Of a DNA stretch of 64,000 nucleotides, positions 54,601-64,000 are shown one piece after another. Under the pieces are notes generated by a model. It was given only the letters and a program-made list of their open reading frames with translations, had not been told where the DNA came from and searched no databases. Position 1 is the first letter of the stretch. Each line of letters starts with the position of its first letter. The stretch comes from Macrostomum lignano (lineage: Eukaryota), in NCBI GenBank assembly GCA_002269645.1, contig NIVC01001965.1:280254-344253 (forward strand). The letters are read 5' to 3'. The position numbers were made by a program, and so were the translations under genes.

Positions 54601-57600
54601 AGCAGTGTGCGTGTTCGATTAATCAATCACTAAATCATTTTTTCAGTAGTTTTCTTTGAGCTTTCTTGATTTTCTTTACGAGCTAACCAGTGCCTGTTTG
54701 CATGTATACTGTTACTGTGTTTTTTCTATGTTTGCACCAACTAGTGGAAAAAATGTGGAAATAGTTTCATTACAAGCTAGCATAAGAGGCAACGATTGGC
54801 ATGCAGGGGGACAAAAGGCGGCGACAAGGATAAATATTTGATAAAATGGAAACCGATGTCGAGCTTGAAGCCAATAAGCTATAATTCCAGACGTACTCCG
54901 AGTAAAAAACAGTAAAGCAACCGAAAAGAAAGTGCAACAATTATTAAGCATGCAGTTCTGTGCTTAGATTTAGAAAGGAGTCTAAAAAGCAATTCGCGCC
55001 CCAAACCCGTTTGGCGAGGCTGTCCCGGATCGAGTTCGGTTCGGCGTATTTGAAGCCTCGTTTTTTTGGCTTGCGCTGGAAAATCGTGATGCCATTGAGT
55101 GAATTGTGAACTCGTCCCCAGCTTGAATCAAATTAATATTGAACTGCTTGCGAGATCAATGTTATGCTTCTGCTCTAATACGAGTTACGGGCGTAGTCAC
55201 GTTTTCTTTATTGGATCGCTTCTGTGAGGTGCATCTTTAGGGCGCAATCATTGGGGAGGGGGTGTCATCGATGAGGCTAGCACCAGAGCCAGAGGCGCCA
55301 GCAGCACCAGTGGCGCCAGCAGCACTAGGCGCGCCAGCAGCACCAGTAGCGCCAGCAGCACCAGGGGCGCCAGCACCTCCAGTGGCGCCAGCAGCACTAG
55401 GCGCGCCAGCAGCACCAGGGGCGCCACAGCTACTGTAAAGGGGGCGCCCCAGATTTTGTCAGCCTATTAAAAGAGGGGGTGCCGTCCCCTGCCCCTCTCT
55501 AGCTACGCCGGCCCCTGCTATGAGCGAGAATGCAAGAAAATGATGTTGCATCATCCGAACCTCCATAATGCCGGCCCTGCTACTCGGCTGGATGGAAGAC
55601 TCGGGCGCCAGGCAGACAGGCGTCCAGTCCGGACCAGGTGGATAACGGAACGGCCGCTGTCCAAGATTCACGTCCAACGTCTGGTCTCGCATGGCAACAG
55701 TTGGAAAGAAGGACTCGCGCTCGAGCATGTCCTGCTGCAGACTGTAGGCCGGTCCGAACGGCTGGCCGTTCTTAGCGAACTGCAGTTCGCCATTGTTGAA
55801 ATCGAAAAAGCAGCCAATGACGTCGCCTTTGGCGTAGGGCTCGCCGTAGGCTTCGATCTCGTCGTCGAATAGCTTCTTGCCCTGGTTGCCGGCCAGGCCG
55901 AAGCCTTCGTGGTCGGCGCCGTAGCCCCAGCCGTTGGCGTCGCGCCCGACGTCCAGCAAGCCGGACTCGGTGGTCCAGCCGACACGGCCGAGGCCGCCGG
56001 ACTCCAGGGGCTCCGCCTCCCAGTAGAACCGGCCGCCCTCGCTGCCTTTCAGGCCCTGGAAGTGTTGGTGTTGCAGCGACTTTCTTAGTCATCTATTCAA
56101 CTCGTTTACTGTTCTCTCTTAGTCTAGTTCAATCTGGTTCTCTCTCTCTCTTGCGCAGCTTTCTGATTGGCTCTTCAATTTTACCCCCTTTCTCAGTCCC
56201 GCACTCCACCCCCTCCTTTCTTATCTACGCCGAACCCGTAATTGATTTTAAACAAATAAACTTGTTTTGGGCCAAGTGCCTTAGGCACTGCCTGGGTTTT
56301 TAATCTTAGGCAGCCGCTACTTCCAATGGATTCTTCCACAGGCAGCCGCTATTTCCAGTGGATTCTTCCACAGGCAGCCGCTACTTCCAGTAGATTCTTC
56401 CACAGGCAGCCGCTACTTCCAATGGATTCTTCCACAGGCAGCCGCTACTTCCAATGGATTCTTCCACAGGCAGCCGCTACTTCCAGTGGATTCTTCCACA
56501 GGCAGCCGCTACTTCCAGTAGATTCTTCCACAGGCAGCCGCTACTCCCAAAGGATTCTTCCACAGACAGCCGCTACTTCCAGTGGATTCTTCCACAGGCA
56601 GCCGCTACTCTCAAAGGATACAGAAGCGCACACATTATCACAGGAAGCTGTACTCACCTTGTTGGCCCGAACGCCCTGCCAACCAAAGCCCAGCTGGCCC
56701 TGCGCAGACAGCTGGTCGGGTCCCAGTTGCAGGCCCGGCCCGCTGGTGTCGTGCGGGTTTAACCGCCAGCTGCGTGGATTTTCCGAAGTCTGGTTGGCGA
56801 GCGCCAGGCCCACCGGACGCCAGGCTCCGCCGGGCGGATAGGCGAGCGGTCTGGACGGATCGTCGCCAAAGTTCCAGTCAGCTGCGGCGCCGTCGCGAAG
56901 GCAGGCGGCCGGATAAACAGCCTGCGGGCCGCCGGAGGGACCGTCGGCACCACGGGACTTCCTGTTACCGCCAGCAGTGCCTGTCGGAGTAAAGAAGTCG
57001 GCTGGCAGCTGGTGCGCGGGCCCTAGCTCTTTGCCGTTGACCGCGTAGGTGACGGTGCCGTTGTCGAGGTCCAGGTAGGCACCGACTATGTCACCAGTCA
57101 TCAGCTGGACGCCGTATTGCTCGGAGACTCCATCTAGCATCTTCTGGGCGTGTCGGCCGGCCGGGTCGGTGCCAAAACCGCAGCCGTGGTTGTCCTGGGG
57201 GCGGGGGCGGGAGGAAGGCATTGGCTGATTTTCTATTATCCACTCTTCTCTACACCTCTCCTCTCGCTCCTATCTTCACCTCCCCGCTCCTATCTTCACC
57301 TCCCCGCTTCTATCTACACCTCCCCGCTTCTATCTACACCTCCCCGCTCCTATCTACACCTCCCCGCTCCTATCTACACCTCCCCGCTCCTATCTACACC
57401 TCCCCGCTCCTATCTACGCCTCCCCGCTCCTATCTACACCTCCCCGCTCCTATCTACACCTCCCCGCTCCTATCTACACCTCCCCGCTCCTATCTACACC
57501 TCCCCGCTCCTATCTACACCTCTCCGCTCCTATCTACACCTCCCCGCTCCTATCTACGAGTACATCCCTCCACCCCCTTGTAGTCCCCTAATTGGTTCCT

Positions 57601-60600
57601 CTCATTCCATCCTGGCTGCTCGTCTCACCCGTCCGAGGTTGAGATCGGCGTTGCCGTCCGCCCAGCCGACCCGTGCCTCCACCGGCTGGTCGGAGGGCCC
57701 GTCTCCCCGCACAGCGGTCTCGTAGTACCACTTGCCGCCAGCCGAGGCCCGGATGCCGCGGTCCGCCCGGCAGCCCTGCCAGTCGCGAACCCCGGCCGGG
57801 CAGGCGCCGGCGCAGCGCACGGGGTCCATGCCAGCGGCCAGGTAGGGGTCGGCGTCTGATGGATTCATCTGCCAGCGAATCGGTCTGTCAACGTCCAGCT
57901 CGGGCCGGCGGTCGTACTGCTCTCGTCGGTTCACCGGCGGCAGCAGCGGCGCGCCCATGCCGGCGCCCTGTCGGTTGGACATCGCGTAGGTGTCGTCGTT
58001 GGTCAAGCCCGAGGTGCCAGCGCCGCCGGCGCCCGTTCGAGCCTCACGGTTGTAGGCGTCGTCTGCGCGAATGATGATTTGAAAATGTTTAGATTTTGTT
58101 TTAACAATTTTAATAGAAACTGTTTGAGACAGTTAAACTAAAGTTCATTCATTAGTCCCGGATATCCGAACGCCGAACTCATTGACCTTTCTCTCTTAAA
58201 GATTTCGCACCGAGTTGACCTCGGCTGACCTTTTCGTTTTTCATTTGGTCCATTCAGTGGACCAAAGGACCAGCTATGTGACCTTAGTTAAACCCTTTGC
58301 GTCCCGCACTTGTGTGACCTCAATCGATCCCTGTTCTCCTCAGTCCCGCATTTGTGTGACCTCAATCGACCCCTGTTCTCCTCAGTCCCGCACTGTGTGA
58401 CCTCAATCGACCCCTGTTCTCCTCAGTCCCGCACTGTGTGACCTCAATCGACCCCTCCCTTACTAAACTGCTTGATATATTGCAGAGAATCACAGGCTGA
58501 AAGTGCATCAATCGGATTTGTAATAGCGTAGTCGCCTAAGCTGAAAATTATAAGCACGGCAGTCAAGCGTTTCTTACAAAGAATTCATCGCACAAATAGC
58601 AGGCTGTGGAATATTCGTATGCTTCTATCGTAAAAAATTTCAATGGGCATTAATAATTTATTCGTCTACTGAAGCAAGCAGATCTTAATATTATAGCAGT
58701 TAAATTCATGCCACATCAAATATTTAAATGACAATTAAAGTGACCAGTTTGTACTTTTATTTCTCCTTTTTTTAGAATCATAGACCTTTGAACAGAGCAT
58801 CTGGACTAAACAGTCCAGACGTTCGCACTACTGGCTTGAATTGTATTGCCCAAATTGATATTATGCCACACCGCCATTGCGAGTGTGTTAGACAGAAAAA
58901 AACATTAAAGTACCAGAGTTAGGCATTGGTTAGCAATATCAAAATATATTACAAATATATTCTACAAGTTTTTTAAATTAAAAACTATCAACAGACCGTC
59001 GAATCCTTCGTCTACTTTAGCTTTTGTAGGGCCGCCTGCAGTGAAATTAAAAGTGCATTGCAATAATAATAGTACAATTGTGTGGATGTGCCAGCGATTC
59101 ACTGGGCCTGCTGATCAAAGTTAATTAATAAATAGTGCTTTTAAAGTACGTAAAGAACTTTTTAAATCGATGCTTTTAACGTTACACATGCTATTTAGAA
59201 ATTACTTGTTAGTTACTAGAATTAGACTATTTGCATAGTGCTGATGGCTGACACCCTGGCTCTCTGACACCCTGGCTCTCTGACACCCTGGCTCTGACAC
59301 CCTGGCTCTGACACCCTGGCTCTTTGACACCCTGGCTCTGACACCCTGGCTCTGACACCCTGGCTCTGACACCCTGGCTCTCTGACACCCTGGCTCTGAC
59401 ACCCTGGCTCTGACACCCTGGCTCTTTGACACCCTGGCTCTGACACCCTGGCTCTGACACCCTGGCTCTGACACCCTGGCTCTCTGACACCCTGGCTCTC
59501 TGACACCCTGGCTCTCTGACACCCTGGCTCTCTGACACCCTGGCTCTCTGACACCCTGGCTCTGACACCCTGGCTCTTTGACACCCTGGCTCTGACACCC
59601 TGGCTCTGACACCCTGGCTCTTTGACACCCTGGCTCTGACACCCTGGCTCTGACACCCTGGCTCTTTGACACCCTGGCTCTTTGACACCCTGGCTCTGAC
59701 ACCCTGGCTCTGACACCCTGGCTCTCTGACACCCTGGCTCTCTGACACCCTGGCTCTGACACCCTGGCTCTTTGACACCCTGGCTCTGACACCCTGGCTC
59801 TGACACCCTGGCTCTGACACCCTGGCTCTGACACCCTGGCTCTGACACCCTGGCTCTTTGACACCCTGGCTCTGACACCCTGGCTCTGACACCCTGGCTC
59901 TGACACCCTGGCTCTTTGACACCCTGGCTCTGACACCCTGGCTCTTTGATACCCTGGCTCCCTGGCACCCTGGCTCTCTGACACTCTAGCTCTCTGACAC
60001 CCTGGCTCTCTGACACCCTGGCTCCCTGACACCCTGGCTCTCTGACACCCTGGCTCTCTGACACCCTGGCTCTGACACCCTGGCTCTGACACCCTGGCTC
60101 TCTGACACCCTGGCTCCCTGACACCCTGGCTCTCTGACACCCTGGCTCTGACACCCTGGCTCTTTGATACCCTGGCTCCCTGGCACCCTGGCTCTCTGAC
60201 ACTCTAGCTCTCTGACACCCTGGCTCTCTGATACCCTGGCTCCCTGGCACCCTGGCTCTCTGACACTCTAGCTCTCTGACACCCTGGCTCTCTGACACCC
60301 TGGCTCTTTGACACCCTGGCTCCCTGACACCCTGGCTCTCTGACACCCTGGCTCTCTGACACCCTGGCTCTCTGACACCCTGGCTCTCTGACACCCTGGC
60401 TCTTTGATACCCTGGCTCTCTGACACCCTGGCTCTCTGACACCCTGGCTCTCTGACACACTGGCTCTCTGACACCCTGGCTCTCTGACACCATGGCTCTC
60501 TGACACCCTGGCTCTCTGACACCCTGGCTCTCTGACACCCTGGCTCCCTGACACTCTGGCTCCCTGGCACCCTGGCTCTCTGACACCCTGGCTCTTTGAT

Positions 60601-62265
60601 ACCCTGGCTCCCTGGCACCCTGGCTCTGACACCCTGGCTCTGACACCCTGGCTCCCTGACACCCTGGCTCTCTGACACCCTGGCTCTCTGACACCCTGGC
60701 TCCCTGACACCCTGGCTCCCTGGCACCCTGGCTCTCTGACACTCTAGCTCTCTGACACCCCGGCTCTGATGCTCTGCCAATCCAACTCTAAAAGTAGCTG
60801 CCTTGTCAGAAAGATTACCATGTATTTGCTTGATGGTCAGCGTAGGAGCTGAAAATGCGACAGATATGAACATCGGCAAAAGCAGCAATGCGTACCCTTC
60901 TTCTTGAAGCTCTTGCGCATGTCAGGGGTAACTTGCACCTCCTGGTAGGCGCCCGACTGGTCGTTCTGCGAGTCCCGGATGCCGGTGCCCCACTTGCCCT
61001 TGAAGGTGCCGGGAATGTGCGGCTTCTGCGGTTTCTCGGCGGACTTCAATCTGAAGATCATTCAATTTTGCCAACATTATTTGCTACTTGCTTACTATAA
61101 GTAGGTTAAATGCGTTTTCAACTCGAAAACAAAAATACTATTAGAAGATTAAATCAATAATTGAATTGTTTCTAAAAAAAGAGTTATATAAATAGACCAG
61201 TAGGAACTTTTGTTCATGAGCACAATAAGCTAACCTGAAGAATCCGTGATGCTCAACCACAGCCCGCCAGAGTCGCTTAGCCAGCTTCGATGAGGCGCAC
61301 TTGAACTCAAACAGAGTCTCCGACTTGGGGTCGCGCTCGTTATCCCCGGTGCGAATTGACACCTTGAGCGTGCTGCCCTTGTAGGACACTTTGAGAATCT
61401 TCGGCCAGGAGAAGCGGTTAATCCGGAGGTTGTTGCGGTACACCAGAACGCCGCCGTGGTAAACTCCAAGGAGGACCTCCTCGCCAGAGGCGTCCTTAGA
61501 CTCGTGCAAATCGACGCCGTACATGGCGAGCTTCTTGGCGTTCCGCAGGAAGTGCAGGTCGGCCTCCTCCGGAGTCATGCGCTGGTGCGTGCGGTGCAGC
61601 TCGCTGACTCGCTCGGCCAGCTCGGCGTTGTTTCGGTACTCCTCCGGACAGAACGGGCAGTCCTGGGCGGCGAAGTTTAAACTAGGAAAATCAATTGCCA
61701 ACTCTTTCCATCTTGAGAGGGATAATACCGGATAAATGGGGATATTCTAGATCAGGGGTTGGCGAAGCCTCTCTATCCGGCCATTGGGTCCTCGGAAACT
61801 TCACGATAGCAATTCGGTCTGCCCAGGGTTTGTGTCTCTTCTCAGCTGTCTTCTCTCAAATCTCTGTCCCGCAGTCATCCGCTATGTTCTCTACCTGACC
61901 CCTGTTCTAGATCCTTATTGAGCCTTTGTTTATTGACATGTCGAGGTACTACATGAGCTGTAGCAATTCGATAAAAAGTCAATCAAGCGAGCCCTGACTT
62001 TCTCATCGTCAGCTCTGCGCTTACAGACTTACATTCAAGTACACCAGCGAGTTCATCTTCTCGTCCAACGGATCGAAATCGCCAACTTCAGACTGCAGCA
62101 CGTAGCTGCCCAGGATGATGTAGGTGATGAAACTGCAAGGCAGCAGCTCGGCCATGAGGTTCTGCCGAATCTGCAGCGCCATGTAGTAGCGGGTGAGATT
62201 CTCCCGCAGATTCTCCGGGTCGGGCGGGTAGAACTTCACCATGAACTCCAGCTTCCACTCGTTCT
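51645..62265 (-). CDS. Band 4.1/coracle-like FERM protein with two SPRY domains, 5' end not found in window; 11 exons and about 975 codons visible
   Basis: Exons 62265-62033, 61662-61235, 61050-60896, 58062-57629, 57194-56658, 56055-55561, 53917-53774, 53664-53578, 53048-52863, 52611-52519 and 51779-51645 sum to 2927 nt (2 plus 975 codons). All introns are GT-AG with consistent phases. Confidence 0.88.
52020..52250. repeat. 44-bp minisatellite, family X, array 2
   Basis: Same unit as 51015-51360. Confidence 0.95.
54085..54520. repeat. 75-bp minisatellite (inverted, dimeric derivative of family X)
   Basis: Period 75 (54090 and 54165). The reverse complement contains GCTGAGACACCCACCCCACTCCATTTCCTTAC. 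Confidence 0.92.
55600..56775 (-). CDS. SPRY domain 2 (DDX1-like), split by intron 56056-56657
   Basis: WRLNPHD, WQGVRANK|GL, GRFYWE, GRVGW, LDVGRDANGWGYG, GKK, YGEPYAKGDVIGCFFDF, FAKNGQPFGPAY, FFPTV, NLG, FRYPP. Domain boundaries are approximate. Confidence 0.9.
56308..56610. repeat. 32-bp minisatellite (CAGGCAGCCGCTACTTCCAGTGGATTCTTCCA)
   Basis: Lies in the intron that splits SPRY2. Confidence 0.96.
56790..57875 (-). CDS. SPRY domain 1 (DDX1-like), split by intron 57195-57628
   Basis: WQMNPSD, WQGCRADRG, GKWYYE, RVGW, LNLGR|DNHGCGFG, GDIVGAYLDLDNG, NGKELG, VYPA, NFG, YPP. Domain boundaries are approximate. Confidence 0.88.
57255..57560. repeat. 20-bp minisatellite (TCCCCGCTCCTATCTACACC)
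   Basis: Lies in the intron that splits SPRY1. Confidence 0.96.
58305..58455. repeat. About 40-bp tandem repeat, 3-4 copies
   Basis: TGTGTGACCTCAATCGACCCCTGTTCTCCTCAGTCCCGCAC. Confidence 0.9.
59248..60770. repeat. 15/17-bp minisatellite (GACACCCTGGCTCT(CT))
   Basis: Direct inspection. Confidence 0.97.
61235..62265 (-). CDS. FERM domain lobes (two exons: 62265-62033 and 61662-61235)
   Basis: FMVKFYPPDP, TRYYMALQIRQ, LPCSF, LGSYVLQSEVGDFDP, MTPEEADLHFL, KKLAMYGVDLH, INRFSWPKILKVSYK and AKRLWRAVVEHHGFFRL are canonical protein 4.1 family FERM motifs. Confidence 0.95.
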
Positions 62266-62354
62266 CTGGCGGAAACAAATTTGAGAAAAAGAGATATCGA
62301 ATCAACTGGAATGCTTGATGACATAGTGTGGGTCTTAACTCGTGGGTCCTGCTG

Positions 62355-62785
62355 CTACCCTCCGTGATACTTCAGTGCCCCTGCAGCAATACCCTCCGTG
62401 ATAATTCAGTGCCCCTGCAGCAATACCCTCTGAGCTACTTCAGTGCCCCTGCAGCAATACCCTCTGAGCTACTTCAGTGCCCCTGCAGCAATACCCTCTG
62501 AGCTACTTCAGTGCCCCTGCAGCAATACCCTCTGAGCTACTTCAGTGCCCCTGCAGCAATACCCTCAGAGCTACTTCAGTGCCCCTGCAGCAATACCCTC
62601 TGAGCTACTTCAGTGCCCCTGCAGCAATACCCTCCGTGCTACTTCAGTGCCCCTGCAGCAATACCCTCCGTGCTACTTCAGTGCCCCTGCAGCAATACCC
62701 TCCGTGCTACTTCAGTGCCCCTGCAGCAATACCCTCCGTGCTACTTCAGTGCCCCTGCAGCAATACCCTCCGTGCTACTTCAGCC
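62355..62785. repeat. 34-bp minisatellite (CTTCAGTGCCCCTGCAGCAATACCCTCTGAGCTA)
   Basis: Direct inspection. Confidence 0.97.
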
Positions 62786-63769
62786 ACCTTCAACTACCCC
62801 TCCAGTACGCAGTTAGGCTTGAAACAAAGTTGTCTAGTAAGCAACATGCCTCATTCGAATAAAGCCATCTATAGCATACGAAGGTCGCAGATGAAACATA
62901 TATAGCGGTGGAAATTGTCGAAAATAGACTTATAGAAATTCTAAACTGTTTGGTCAAAGATTTGCTTATAAGATTTGGCCAGGAGAAGAAGTGCCCTTAC
63001 CGACGCTTTAATTTAAAGCCCTTGCTTGTGTGTCTTATGTTCCATGCTTCAATTATAGGTTTCCTGACTTTTGTAGCGGTCTGACTAGCTGTTTCAGGCA
63101 ACTATTAGAGAATGTAAGCAAACCGCATGGCCTAGTGATCTCTTTACCAAAATCTTGCAGTAATGCTTAACTGAAATAAAAATTTGGGGCTTGTGATAGC
63201 AATTTACCGAAATTTCTTTTCCATGGCTGAAGCAATGATACCCATATTCAGAAAGTGGAAGCAGACAGCTTAAGGCTGACTGCAGCCAAACCAAAATTAT
63301 GAGATACAACAAGCAGCCTGAATATGTCTGCCAGCAGCCTCCGCCCAAGGCCTTAGTCACCACTTCGCGTACGACTTGTGGAAGGAACGCACACAAAGGG
63401 CGGTGGGGGGTAGACAGTGACTAAATACCGCCCCCCCACACACATCAAGCCTCTTCTCTCAGACACGGCTTCAGAATTTTTTTGTGCTGTGTGCCAGGCC
63501 GTTGACTAAAGCTGCTCCGACGGCTGCCGGGGCTCTGCTGGCCGCGGGTTTGTCACTAAACTGCGCAGAAGCTGACTCGAATAGTTTCTTATTTTGCATT
63601 TAGCTATTTAGCTCGTAGTAACCGTCACTTATTAGTTGAACAGTCATAATCAGCAATTAGAATGGCATTGTGGGAAAATAAATCTGCTTAATACAAAGAA
63701 AGAATCTGTTGATAACAGCCGTGAATAAAAGTGTGGTGAATGAGACACTAAGTGTTGCGTATTAAATAG

Positions 63770-64000
63770 TTGACATGATGAATGAACAGTTGACATGCGG
63801 AATGAACCGTTGATAATGATGAAGGAACTGCTGAAAATGATGAATGAACAGTTGACATGAGGAATGAACAGTTGACATGAGGAATGAACAGTTGACATGC
63901 GGAATGAACCGTTGATAATTATAATTGAACAGTTGATAATTATGAATGAACAGTTGATAATTATGAATGAACTGTTGGCAATGATGAATGAACTGTTGGC
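63770..64000. repeat. About 20-bp degenerate minisatellite (GTTGACATGAGGAATGAACA)
   Basis: Runs off the end of the window. Confidence 0.88.

Noticed and set aside
55280-55436. PAAPVAPAA-like coding repeat on the + strand
   Set aside because: It is short, sits in an intron antisense to the FERM gene, and has no convincing start or splice context. Treated as a degenerate GC-rich repeat; flanking TIR-like motifs do not form a clean pair.
55561-58062. A DDX1 helicase gene
   Set aside because: Only the SPRY module is DDX1-like. No Walker A, DEAD or helicase C motifs are present, and the exons splice to FERM exons.
59202-60888. ORFs up to 506 aa with EPGCQRARVS repeats
   Set aside because: They come from a 15/17-bp intronic minisatellite of the FERM gene.

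Overview
Eukaryotic (metazoan) genomic DNA. GC-rich exons are separated by introns and spacers packed with unrelated micro- and minisatellites (about 40 arrays, roughly 24-25 kb or 38-39% of the window by my coordinate tally). This style resembles the flatworm Macrostomum lignano, which is an inference only. I reconstructed six protein-coding genes by hand from splice sites and phase arithmetic. (1) REXO1, + strand, 6 exons, 793 aa. (2) A single-exon orphan class A GPCR, +, 476 aa. (3) A 107-aa secreted neuropeptide-precursor-like gene, -. (4) An uncharacterised 7-exon gene, +, 585 aa. (5) A secreted PAN/apple plus fibrinogen-C protein, -, 4 exons, 299 aa. (6) A 5'-incomplete band 4.1/coracle-type FERM gene, -, 11 exons visible, that carries two tandem DDX1-type SPRY domains, an ankyrin-like DEHGNTVTKKIVR motif and a PDZ-type C-terminus. 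Gene 6 is the most unusual item. Mobile DNA includes a 1338-bp non-autonomous TIR element with an 8-bp TSD and two diverged copies of a tRNA-derived SINE, one of which appears to have seeded a minisatellite. Most long ORFs in the supplied track are artefacts of tandem repeats. No database searches were run; family assignments rest on recalled motifs.
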